Assembly: GCA_963782055.1 (NCBI GenBank)
Contig: CAWAIF010000003.1
Coordinates: forward strand, 6,304,001 to 6,368,000
Origin: an uncultured delta proteobacterium
Lineage (GTDB): Bacteria; Myxococcota_A; Polyangia; Polyangiales; Polyangiaceae
Length of the DNA stretch: 64,000 bases
Direction of reading: 5' to 3'
Part shown: piece after piece, positions 38,327 to 47,393 of the stretch
Numbering within the stretch: the first letter of the stretch is position 1
How the letters are laid out: every line of letters starts with the position of its first letter
Made by a program: the position numbers and the translations under genes
Notes under the pieces: model-generated
What the model was told of the DNA's origin: nothing
The model's database searches: none
Seen by the model: only the letters and a program-made list of their open reading frames with translations

Positions 38327-40465
38327 ATGACGATCGACGGAAAGCCCGGCGTCGAGTGGCACAACTACGTCGGCGAGCAGCGCTTCACTCCCGCGCGGAC
38401 CTTCAAGCCAGATACCGAGGAGCAGGTGGCGGAGGTCGTCGCGCAGGCGGTGGCCGACGATCAGCGCGTCCACGTCGCCGGCGCCGGTCACGCCTCCTCG
38501 CCGCTCGTCCGTACCGACGGCTTCCTCGTCGACACCTCCGCGCTGACCGGAGTGCAGCCCGTCCACGACGCGGACCTCCTCGCTCCGACCGGCGGGCACC
38601 ACGTCCGCGTGCTGGCCGGCACGCGCCTCTTCGACCTCGACGCCGCGCTCGACCGCCTCGGCCTGGCGATGCCCAACCTGGGCTCGGCGACGTTCCAGTC
38701 GATCTACGGCGCCATCGCGACGGGCACGCACGGCTCCGGGGCGGGCTTCGGCGCGCTGTGCGACCTGGTTCGCTCCGTCGATCTGGTGGACGGCTCGGGC
38801 AACCGCCTCCGCGTCGAGCCCGCCGCCGGCTTCACCCGACCGGACCTGGCGCCGCCGGGCGTCACCGTCACCTGCGACGACGACCTCTTCCGCTCGGTGG
38901 TCGTCGGCGTCGGCGTCGCCGGCCTGGTCACCTCACTGGTGCTGGAGGTGACCGAGATCTTCGATCTGGAGGAGACGCGGACGCTGGCCACCTGGCAGGC
39001 GCTGAAGGGCTCCCCCGACACCGACGCGGCGATCCGCGCGGCGCCCCACTGGGAGATGTGGCTCAACCCGTACGCCGACGTGGACGGCAACAACACCGCG
39101 CTCGTCACCGTGCGCGCCAAGGCGCCGACGGGCACGCCGCGCAACCCGCGCCCCGACCCCTGGGAGCTGCGCGTCAAGCCGCTGCGCGAGGCGATGGTCT
39201 TCGCCCTGGACGCCCTGCCCTTCGCCGTGCGCCCCGCGCTGGACATGGCCATGCGCTCGCAGGCCACCATGACGCCGCACGTCGACGCCTCCTACCGCAT
39301 CTTCGACCTGGGCTCGGTCAACGACATGCCCGCCGTCGCCACCGAGTGGTTCTTCCCGATGGACCGGTGGAAGGACGCAGTGGACGCCCTGCTGCGCGCG
39401 GCGGCGCGGCTGGCGGTCCGCTCCGACATCGGCGGAGTCCCCTTCGGCGTGCGCTTCATCAAGGCCAGCCCGCACTTCCTGGCGATGACGCGCGGAGAGC
39501 CGGACGAGGTCTTCTGCTCCGTCGAGCTGCCCGTCTACTCCACCGAGCACGATCGCCGCACCCTGATGGTGCACTACGAGCGCATCGCGGCGCGCCACCG
39601 CGGCCGGCCCCACTGGGGCCAGCTCCACCGCACGCGGCCGGGGAAGCTCGCCGAGCGGTATCCCGAGATCGACCGCTGGAAGGCGGCGCGCGCGCGGCTG
39701 GACCCGCAGGAGCGCTTCGCCAACTTCACCTCGCACGCGGAGGGGCTCACGCCGTCGCGCATGCCGCACCCGGTGATCGGGGACGTCGGCTTCTACGACA
39801 CGTCGGTCGTCCGCGAGGTGCTGCCGATGAACCGCCCCGGCTCCACCGCGGTGATGGTGGACCGCCGCCGCTTCCGCGTGGAGGCCTCGGCGGCGGAGGT
39901 GGCGCGCGCGCTGAACGAGGTGATGATCGAGCCGGGCCTGCTCATCGGCCGGCGCTTCATGGTGGTGCGCGCCGAGGACCGCACGGGGAAGCCCTTCGAG
40001 GTGGGCGAGCACTTCCAGGGCCGGTTCGCGCTGGACGAGCAGCTCCTGGAGGACACGCGGCCGAAGCCGCCGCTCTGGACACGGCTGCTGCGCAAGGCCG
40101 GCGTGCAGAAGGCGCTGCAGTACATCGAGGACCACGGCCTGGCCGACTACGGGATGGTGGAGCGGCTGGAGCTCGACCCCGCGCCGGGTCAGCCGTACGC
40201 GATCCGCTACGCCTACACGACGGGCACCCCCTTCTCCGGCTACAGCGACTTCACCGTCGCGCCCATCGACGCGGGGCGCTGCCTGTACACCGAGCGCATC
40301 ACCTTCCAGCCGGAGAACGAGCTGGCGCGCCTCAGCATGGAGCTCATCGGCATCCGCCTGCACAACCAGGTGGTCTTCGGCCAGGTGGAGGCGACGGCGG
40401 ACCGGCTGGGTGTGGAGTACGAGCCGCTGGACCCCGACGACCTGGGCAAGGCGACGGGGCCCTGA
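38327..40465 (+). CDS. FAD-linked aldonolactone oxidase-like protein with an extra ~230-aa C-terminal domain
   Basis: WHNY, GAGHASS, GAIATGTHGSG, GRPHWGQ and LDPQERFAN motifs, followed by an unrecognised extension. Confidence 0.8.
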   Translation: MTIDGKPGVEWHNYVGEQRFTPARTFKPDTEEQVAEVVAQAVADDQRVHVAGAGHASSPLVRTDGFLVDTSALTGVQPVHDADLLAPTGGHHVRVLAGTRLFDLDAALDRLGLAMPNLGSATFQSIYGAIATGTHGSGAGFGALCDLVRSVDLVDGSGNRLRVEPAAGFTRPDLAPPGVTVTCDDDLFRSVVVGVGVAGLVTSLVLEVTEIFDLEETRTLATWQALKGSPDTDAAIRAAPHWEMWLNPYADVDGNNTALVTVRAKAPTGTPRNPRPDPWELRVKPLREAMVFALDALPFAVRPALDMAMRSQATMTPHVDASYRIFDLGSVNDMPAVATEWFFPMDRWKDAVDALLRAAARLAVRSDIGGVPFGVRFIKASPHFLAMTRGEPDEVFCSVELPVYSTEHDRRTLMVHYERIAARHRGRPHWGQLHRTRPGKLAERYPEIDRWKAARARLDPQERFANFTSHAEGLTPSRMPHPVIGDVGFYDTSVVREVLPMNRPGSTAVMVDRRRFRVEASAAEVARALNEVMIEPGLLIGRRFMVVRAEDRTGKPFEVGEHFQGRFALDEQLLEDTRPKPPLWTRLLRKAGVQKALQYIEDHGLADYGMVERLELDPAPGQPYAIRYAYTTGTPFSGYSDFTVAPIDAGRCLYTERITFQPENELARLSMELIGIRLHNQVVFGQVEATADRLGVEYEPLDPDDLGKATGP

Positions 40466-40536
40466 CCGGACCTCACACGGACGCGGCTCGACTCTTGCTC
40501 CGCTCCCTGCCATTGGAGTCAAGGATGCCAGGCGAT

Positions 40537-41157
40537 CTACTCGTCAGGCGCAGGGTCGTCCCCGCGAAACCATCGGACGAGCACCTCCGCGAGCCGGCCT
40601 ATTGCGTTACCCATCTTCAGCCGTTCCAGGGACAGGCTGGACGCGAGTTCCTCGAACAAGGGAGGCGAGGCACGTAGCCGATACTCATTGAGCGCCCTTC
40701 GCAGACTTTGCTTCGGCTCGGCCTCATCGGGGGTTACCGTAGCAGCGTGGAGAAGCGAGCGCTTCTTCGCGAGCTCCGCAAGCACGCGATCCCACACCGG
40801 CACAAGCGCAATCTCGAACTCCGGATCGAAAGCGATCGCGGCAACGCGCTCCTTATCAACGCCGACACGTGAGAGAGCGTCCTTGACGTCAGCTTCGACC
40901 CGTGACGGCTCCACGTCCTCGCGGCCGGACCCGTGATGGTCCCACAGGATGATGAAGTGTAACGCCTCGTCCCGGAGAAACGGACCCAACGCGGCGGCAG
41001 GATCGGTGGCGACGCGCGCGTCGTGCATCGGGTCGCGGACCGCTTGCCACGCGAAGTTGCGCAAGCAACGCCGTGCTACTCCGCGCGCGATGAGCTTCGT
41101 TACGAACCGCTCCGCATCGGCGTCAGCGAACAGTACGACCAGCTCGGATCCCGCCAC
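40537..41157 (-). CDS. ATPase-partner protein resembling MADS MAD4 (TOPRIM-like acidic motifs)
   Basis: LVVLFAD...HD...LWDHHGSG...FDPEFE...PK pattern; GTG start overlaps the ATPase TAG by 1 nt. Confidence 0.6.
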   Translation of the reverse strand: MAGSELVVLFADADAERFVTKLIARGVARRCLRNFAWQAVRDPMHDARVATDPAAALGPFLRDEALHFIILWDHHGSGREDVEPSRVEADVKDALSRVGVDKERVAAIAFDPEFEIALVPVWDRVLAELAKKRSLLHAATVTPDEAEPKQSLRRALNEYRLRASPPLFEELASSLSLERLKMGNAIGRLAEVLVRWFRGDDPAPDE

Positions 41158-42392
41158 TAGAGAACCCCTGTTGCAAAGACATCCGCCAGCCGCACTCGAC
41201 CCCGCCATTGCTGCAGTTCGACCACCTCCGTGCCGCGCAGAATTTGAGCGGTCCCATGTTCAGTTCGACGGAACACGAGCGCCTGTTCCATTGATGTCTG
41301 GGCGAGGAACACGGGGGAATGTGTCGCGACAAAGACCTGCATGGTCCTCATTTGCGACAGGGCATCGAAGACGGATTGTATCGCCAGCGGATGCAGACCG
41401 TTCTCGGGCTCCTCCACGAGGTAGATACCGCGCTGCTGTTCTGTCTCGGCATACGCCAAAAGGGATAGTGCGAGCAGACGCAGCGTCCCGTCGGAGAGCA
41501 GCCACGACGGCACCGGCCCCTCGTGTGCACCGTGGAAGCGACCTCGCAGAACCACGTGCTTGTCCTCTGGACGTTCCCAGGTGTCGATACTCGCGAGCCC
41601 GCTGACTGCATCACCAACGTGACCAACCCACTGCCCGAAAGCTACCGGATCGCGCTGCTCCAGCGAGCGCGCGGCCACGGCGAGGTTCGAGCCGTCACGA
41701 AGCAGACGCGTTGGACTGCGCGGGGGCGAGGGCAGTCTCAGCATGTGGGAATCGAGTTCCACAAGCATCACGCCATCGCGCAAAAGGTTCCTAACCGCGA
41801 TGGCGCCGGGGAAGCGATCCGTGTCCTCGGGGATATTGCCGAGCGCCGAGCGGGTCGGACCAAAACGGAACTGGTTGTTCCAATCGGTCTTCTCATCCCG
41901 GAAGTAGTCCTTGCCCTCCCCGGTCTTGCCCACGATCTTTCGCCAACCCTTGGGCGCGGTGTGGTGCACCACCTCGCCGAGCTCGGCGTCATCGCCGAAC
42001 AAGCTCCGTTGGCGCTCCACCGAGTTCGGCCCCTCCGGCAGTCGAAACAGGTTCTCACGCATGACGACCGGGGCCCCGCTAGCACCGCCGGGCTCAGGGC
42101 CCACTTCCAACTCGTAGCGATACGTCCCCTCCGCCAGCTGGATCGCTATCCCGAAGGCAACCGGCTGGTCTTCGCGGAAGCACAGGTCGCGGAAGCCTGC
42201 CCCAGAGCCGTCGATCGCCATGTCGACAGCACGATCCACACCGTCGGAGAGCACATGGCTTACGAACCGGAGGGCGGACATGAGGGTGCTCTTGCCCGAC
42301 GCGTTTCGTCCGACGAGGACGGCGAAACGGCCGAGATCCACGCGGTTGCTTTCAAGCATCCGGAAGTTGCGCACCCACACCCGCTGAATCAT
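41157..42392 (-). CDS. ABC/AAA_21-type ATPase resembling MADS MAD3
   Basis: Walker A GRNASGKS, DGSNL, signature-like PSWLLSDGTLRLLAL, Walker B YLVEEPENGLHP and ATHSP. Confidence 0.8.
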   Translation of the reverse strand: MIQRVWVRNFRMLESNRVDLGRFAVLVGRNASGKSTLMSALRFVSHVLSDGVDRAVDMAIDGSGAGFRDLCFREDQPVAFGIAIQLAEGTYRYELEVGPEPGGASGAPVVMRENLFRLPEGPNSVERQRSLFGDDAELGEVVHHTAPKGWRKIVGKTGEGKDYFRDEKTDWNNQFRFGPTRSALGNIPEDTDRFPGAIAVRNLLRDGVMLVELDSHMLRLPSPPRSPTRLLRDGSNLAVAARSLEQRDPVAFGQWVGHVGDAVSGLASIDTWERPEDKHVVLRGRFHGAHEGPVPSWLLSDGTLRLLALSLLAYAETEQQRGIYLVEEPENGLHPLAIQSVFDALSQMRTMQVFVATHSPVFLAQTSMEQALVFRRTEHGTAQILRGTEVVELQQWRGRVRLADVFATGVL

Positions 42393-42437
42393 CCGTCGTC
42401 CTTTCTCTGAGCCAACAGCCTAGGCTCTTCCGTTGGC

Positions 42438-42462
42438 ACATGCACCCGCAGGTGGTGCATGT
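42438..42462. promoter_or_regulatory. 9-bp inverted repeat upstream of the ATPase (operator or hairpin)
   Basis: acatgcacc-N7-ggtgcatgt. Confidence 0.3.
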
Positions 42463-42528
42463 CGCAGGTCGCACCGCTGGCCGAGCCGTCTTGCGGATGC
42501 GGCATTCCTCGGCGCGCGCACGCGTCGG

Positions 42529-43089
42529 CTACCGCCAGGCGATCTCCATCACCATCTCCGGGTCGCCGTCCTCGCCGCCGGAGAGGATCCGCCCGCGCAG
42601 CAGCCTGGCGCCGCTCAGCGCGACGAGCTCCTCGGTGGCGCCGACCTGATCCCGCCAGCAGTTGCGGTCGAAGCCGTGGCAGCCCTTCCACGTCAGGTGC
42701 TCGACGCGCTGCCCGACGTTCTGCACCGAGACGCTCGCGCTCTCGAAGTAGTTGGAGAAGACGCGGCCACCCTGCTTGATGAGGGTGTCGGGGTTCATCA
42801 TCCGCATGAAGACGCGGTGGATGGTGCTCATGTTGGCGCGCGTGGAGCTGCGGCCGAGCAGGCGGACCACCGAGGGATCGGCGTGGCGCACGGCGCTGGC
42901 GAAGAGTGCGCGGTACCAGGCGACGGGGTACCAGCCGGCGGCGATCAGGCTGCGGGAGCGCAGCGCCTCGCCGCCCTCACCCTCCATGTCGCGCACCACC
43001 GCGTCGTGGTACTCGAGGCCGCGGAGCGCCTCGAGCACGCCCACGACGCCGAGGATGTTGGTCCCCTTGATGCGGATCTCGTCGGGCAC
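42529..43089 (-). CDS. Myxobacterial DUF2378-like protein
   Basis: IKGTNI...LIAAGWYPVAWY pattern typical of this expanded family. Confidence 0.6.
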   Translation of the reverse strand: MPDEIRIKGTNILGVVGVLEALRGLEYHDAVVRDMEGEGGEALRSRSLIAAGWYPVAWYRALFASAVRHADPSVVRLLGRSSTRANMSTIHRVFMRMMNPDTLIKQGGRVFSNYFESASVSVQNVGQRVEHLTWKGCHGFDRNCWRDQVGATEELVALSGARLLRGRILSGGEDGDPEMVMEIAWR

Positions 43090-43145
43090 GAAGGGGAGGT
43101 TCCCACGCGCCGCCGGGGCGGATCAAGCGATGATGGGGGCGACGC

Positions 43146-43580
43146 TCAGGGGCGGCGGGCGGCGAAGATGCGCACGCCGATGGCGCTGACGAGCATCGGC
43201 ACGAGCACGGCGATGACGACCGCCCACGGGCCCATCTTCCACCACTTGTGCGGCGAGTAGACCATGTACGTGAGGAGCGGCAGCGCCGGGGCGGCGAGCC
43301 CCGCGAGCCAGGCGCGCCCGCCGTTCATCAGGGTGCGGGCGCGGACGCCGAGGAGCGCCAGGTCCACCAGGACCTGAAGCAAGAGGAAGACGAGCGCCCA
43401 GCCGGTGGCGACGGCCATGCCCACCACCCAGAAGACGGTGCGCGGCACCAGATCGGGCAGCGGGCCGAAGGCGGCGTAGAGGGAGACCGCGCCGTACGCC
43501 GCGCCGAACGCGCCGACCGCGGTGGGTGCGAGCCACCCGGGGATGGAAGGACGGACGTAGCGATCGTTCTTGGTGGCCAT
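43146..43580 (-). CDS. Small four-TM membrane protein
   Basis: RBS GGAGGAAG before MATKNDRY; hydrophobic helices. Confidence 0.75.
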   Translation of the reverse strand: MATKNDRYVRPSIPGWLAPTAVGAFGAAYGAVSLYAAFGPLPDLVPRTVFWVVGMAVATGWALVFLLLQVLVDLALLGVRARTLMNGGRAWLAGLAAPALPLLTYMVYSPHKWWKMGPWAVVIAVLVPMLVSAIGVRIFAARRP

Positions 43581-43657
43581 GGCTTCCTCCAGAAATACGT
43601 AGCACGCGGCGAGAAGATTCCCAGGGTGCGAGCCTTGCGCGCGGCTACGATGTAGGC

Positions 43658-45454
43658 GTGCGTCGTCTTGCCTTCCTCCTCGGCCTGGTGGCGGCCTGCA
43701 GCGCCGATTCTGCGACGCCCCCCGGCCCCACCGAGCCATGCCCCAGGACCGACCTGGATGAGCTCCCCGCCAGCACCGCCCACACCCCGCGCTGGGCGCT
43801 CGAGCCGTGGATCTCCAAGGACATCTCCACGCGCGACGACACCTACGCCTTCGTCGGCGGCTTCCAGGACCGCGACATCCCGGTGGGCGTCGTCGTCATC
43901 GATAGCCCGTGGGAGACGCACTACAACACCTTCGTCCCCAACCCGACGCGCTACGCCGACTTCGGCGGGATGATCTCCGACATGCACGCGCGCGGGGTGC
44001 GCGTGGTCGCGTGGGTGACCGGGATGACCAACACCTCCGGCCTGGACTCCGAGCCTGGCGGCGACACCTACGTCGGGGCCTCCCCCAACTACGCCGAGGG
44101 TGATCGCTGCGGCTACTTCATCGACCAGAGCGCGACCTACTTCTGGTGGAAGGGCTTCGGCTCGGGGATCGACTTCTTCCACCCGTCGGCCACCGCGTGG
44201 TGGCACCGGCAGCAGGACCCGGTGCTGGCGATGGGCCTGGACGGCTGGAAGCTGGACTTCGCAGAGAGCTACATCAAGACGGATCCCGTCCAGACGTTCG
44301 CCGGCCCCGAGTCGCACCAGGCGTACTCGGAGGCCTACTACCACGACTACCTCGCCTACGGCCGCAAGGTGCGCGGCGACGACTTCCTCACGATGACACG
44401 CGCGTGGGACGAGTCGTACGGCTTCGCCGGGCGCTTCTACGCGCGCAAGGAGGACGCGCCGGTCGCGTGGATGGGGGACAACCGCCGCGACTGGGTGGGC
44501 CTGGGCGACGCGCTGGACGAGATGCTCACGTCGGCGGCGGCGGGCTACGCCATGGTGGGCTCCGACATCGGCGGCTACCTGGATCACGACGACAAGGATC
44601 TCGCCGGACCGGAGATCCCCTTCGACCTGGAGAACTTCGAGCGGTGGATCGCGGTGGGCGCGCTCTCCCCTCTGATGGAGCTGCACGGCCGCGCCAACCT
44701 CACGCCGTGGACGACGCCGGACAAACCGGACGAGGTCACGGCCATCTACCGCTACTGGGCCAAGCTCCACCACGAGCTGGTGCCCTTCTTCTACAGCCTC
44801 GTCGAGGAGGGCTGGGGGCACGGGACGAGCGCGGTGGTGCCCGTCGGCGACGCGGGGAGCTGGCACGGCGACGACCGGTACTTGCTGGGTCAAGCGTTGC
44901 TCGTCGCCCCGCTGCTCGCCGCCGGCGGCAAGCGCGACGTGCCCCTGCCCTCCGGCGCCAGCTACTACGACTTCTGGGACCCGACGGCGGCGCCGTATGC
45001 GGGAGGGACGACGCTCGCGGCGTACGACGCGACCGACCCGCAGCGCGTGCCGCTCTTCTTCCGGGAGGGCGCCATCGTGCCGATGAACGTGGAGGACGAC
45101 GTGACCGGCTTCGGCGACGCGGCGTCGAAGGGCGCGCTCACCGTCGTCGTCTACCCGGGGTCGGCCTCCAGCTTCGTGCTGCACGACGAGGACGGCGCGC
45201 CGACGCACATCGACGCGAGCGCGGCCGGCGGCGCCGCGACGCTGCACATCGACCGCGCCCTTCGCACCACGATCTTCCGCGTGCGCGTGGAGACCGCGCC
45301 CGCCGGCGCGACGCTCGACGGCGCCGCGATGACCGTGTTCGCCACCCGCGGCGAGTTCGACGCCGCCGCCTCCGGGCTCTACGTCGACGCGCCGGACCAC
45401 TTCGCGTGGGTGAAGGTCCCGCCGGGCGGACCGGACACCATCACCGTTCCTTGA
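43658..45454 (+). CDS. Glycoside hydrolase family 31 lipoprotein
   Basis: LVAAC lipobox; IDSPW, GLDGWKLDF (nucleophile region), WMGDN, GSDIGGY and YLLGQALLVAP. Confidence 0.9.
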   Translation: MRRLAFLLGLVAACSADSATPPGPTEPCPRTDLDELPASTAHTPRWALEPWISKDISTRDDTYAFVGGFQDRDIPVGVVVIDSPWETHYNTFVPNPTRYADFGGMISDMHARGVRVVAWVTGMTNTSGLDSEPGGDTYVGASPNYAEGDRCGYFIDQSATYFWWKGFGSGIDFFHPSATAWWHRQQDPVLAMGLDGWKLDFAESYIKTDPVQTFAGPESHQAYSEAYYHDYLAYGRKVRGDDFLTMTRAWDESYGFAGRFYARKEDAPVAWMGDNRRDWVGLGDALDEMLTSAAAGYAMVGSDIGGYLDHDDKDLAGPEIPFDLENFERWIAVGALSPLMELHGRANLTPWTTPDKPDEVTAIYRYWAKLHHELVPFFYSLVEEGWGHGTSAVVPVGDAGSWHGDDRYLLGQALLVAPLLAAGGKRDVPLPSGASYYDFWDPTAAPYAGGTTLAAYDATDPQRVPLFFREGAIVPMNVEDDVTGFGDAASKGALTVVVYPGSASSFVLHDEDGAPTHIDASAAGGAATLHIDRALRTTIFRVRVETAPAGATLDGAAMTVFATRGEFDAAASGLYVDAPDHFAWVKVPPGGPDTITVP

Positions 45455-45494
45455 TGGGCAGGTCGGGGCCCGGGTGGACCGAGCTGGAAGGTCG

Positions 45495-45986
45495 TCATTG
45501 ACAGGTGTCGACGGGAACCGTTCCGGCCTGGCAGGCGAACACCGCCGTCGCCGGCGAGCAGTCGACGAGCTCGGCTTCGTCGGCGTTGTTACAGGCAGCG
45601 CTCTGGCAATAGCAGGCCGCTCCGGGGGCGGCGTGACAGCAGTGCCCGCCGCTCGGGAGAGGGCACGAGGCAACCGGCACACCGAAACACTCCACGTTGA
45701 GGCCACAGTAGCACGAGCTGCCTTGCTGACAGCACGTGATCGCGTCGCTCGCGCACATACAGGCAGTCGTCACCCCCGCGTCCACGGTGGCGCAGCAGTG
45801 CGCAGCGCCGCCGAGCGAGCCGGGCGAGCAAGAGCCCGAGCGCGCGGCCGCGTTCTGGCACAAGCAGGTAAAGCTGTCGCCGGAGCAGCTCAGGATGGCG
45901 TCGCCCGAGGACGAGCAGGCGAGGAGGCATCCCGCCGCGATGGGAACGACGCTCGTGATGATCTGGTAGTACCGTCCCGGAGTCAT
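45495..45986 (-). CDS. Small Cys-rich lipoprotein
   Basis: LLAC lipobox; internally repeated HCC/TCC...CxC units. Confidence 0.7.
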   Translation of the reverse strand: MTPGRYYQIITSVVPIAAGCLLACSSSGDAILSCSGDSFTCLCQNAAARSGSCSPGSLGGAAHCCATVDAGVTTACMCASDAITCCQQGSSCYCGLNVECFGVPVASCPLPSGGHCCHAAPGAACYCQSAACNNADEAELVDCSPATAVFACQAGTVPVDTCQ

Positions 45987-46040
45987 GGGTGCCTCCCAAT
46001 ACTGGGCGTTGGCGCCCTGGGCGCGTGGCTCGTCGCTCAA

Positions 46041-47393
46041 TTACTGCGCTGGTTGCGGCGCGCCGAGAGACGAGAGCGGTACCCGCCCGATGGTCTGCGT
46101 GCCCTTGGAGGCCACGCGAGCAAAGAGCTCTGTGCACGTGAGGGCGAGAGGAGTGATCCAGCCCCACCCATTCCCGTTCGAGAGGATCCAGGACGCGCCG
46201 TCGGAGACCCGGATGATGCGGATCCCGAGGCCGTTCTCCGCCGCTGCCAGCCCACAGCCGACGACCATGGACAGAGCCCCGATGGCATTCGGGATCTCGG
46301 CGGTGAGCCGCCTCGGCTTGAGGTCCGCGGGGTCCATGACGTAGGGGGACGTCCAGTAGTCGGCGGTGGTGTTGAACGCGTTGTCGATCGGAGGCCCGTG
46401 GGCCTCAATCCACACCATGTCCTTGCCGTCGGTGCCCATGTCCGCGGCGGGGTGCTGGGGATCGTAGTTGTAGTTGATGAAGTCGTGCGGGCCGCTCTGC
46501 TGGCTCCACCGCCGGATGACCGCTATCGATCCTGCACTGCCGAGCCAGAAGAGCTGGTCGGCGAAGAAGTGAGGCCCGCTCTGCCCGAGCGCGCTGTCCT
46601 GCGCGGGCGTCGTGATGTCGAGCGCATGTTGCCCGGTCGACCAGTCGAGCAGCTCGATGGTCGCGTTGTCCTTCATGTGGATGACGCCTGGGTCGCCCAC
46701 GTCGAAGGCGTGCTCCGCGAGGTCTGGCGCGCCTGCGCCGTTCGCGTAGCGGCGGTGAGACGTCGGCGCGATGCTCGCTGTCGTTCCGCCGATGTAGCCG
46801 TTCGTGGGGCCCCATCCACGCTCGCTGACCTCGACCAGCCAGCGCGGGGCGGTGATGCTTTGCAGGATCGCCTGCGTCACCTGGCAGTTCTGCGGTACCG
46901 CCGACATCAGGGCCGAGTACACCGGCCCGTCGGCGCCGGCGACGATCTCGACGGAGTGGTCCGCATACGGCCGACTGGTGAGCAGGACGACGTGGCCCTG
47001 CGCGTCGAGCGAGGCCGCGGTGTCTGTGGAATCGAGGCCGCCCCAGTTGCGGTCGATCCACCGGCACCCCGTCATCCCCGACGGCGTCTCGCACGAGGTC
47101 CAGGCGACGGGCGGCGGGAGCTGGGAGGCATCGGCGGGTACGTAGAAGCCGCAGCACGGATCATAGTCGGGGTACTCCACCCAGCCTGACGGGACGAAGC
47201 TCGGTCGCTCCGGCGGCGTGCAGACCCGGTAGGGGGCGTCACCGCCCACATCCTGCGCCACGTCCGCTTCCACGCCGGCGTCGGCCGCAGGCGCTGCGTC
47301 CGGCAAGCCGGTGGGGTCGGGCGAGCAGCTCGCGCAGGCGCTCGGCCCAAGCGCGAGGGCGAGGCAGCTCAGAGTGATTCGTCCAGATCGCAT
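46041..47393 (-). CDS. Secreted/lipoprotein hypothetical protein
   Basis: Signal peptide with ACASC, DAG-rich linker, and a beta-rich body. Confidence 0.75.
   Translation of the reverse strand: MRSGRITLSCLALALGPSACASCSPDPTGLPDAAPAADAGVEADVAQDVGGDAPYRVCTPPERPSFVPSGWVEYPDYDPCCGFYVPADASQLPPPVAWTSCETPSGMTGCRWIDRNWGGLDSTDTAASLDAQGHVVLLTSRPYADHSVEIVAGADGPVYSALMSAVPQNCQVTQAILQSITAPRWLVEVSERGWGPTNGYIGGTTASIAPTSHRRYANGAGAPDLAEHAFDVGDPGVIHMKDNATIELLDWSTGQHALDITTPAQDSALGQSGPHFFADQLFWLGSAGSIAVIRRWSQQSGPHDFINYNYDPQHPAADMGTDGKDMVWIEAHGPPIDNAFNTTADYWTSPYVMDPADLKPRRLTAEIPNAIGALSMVVGCGLAAAENGLGIRIIRVSDGASWILSNGNGWGWITPLALTCTELFARVASKGTQTIGRVPLSSLGAPQPAQ

Noticed and set aside
35761..40677. Very long alternative-frame ORFs (this 1,638-aa ORF, also 3137..6562, 27621..30557, 51844..54168)
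   Set aside because: Arg/Gly/Ala-rich shadow frames expected at high GC; they overlap genes with clear motifs.
42389..42691. Possible third gene coupled to the ATPase start
   Set aside because: It mostly overlaps 42529..43089 in another frame and has no recognisable motif.
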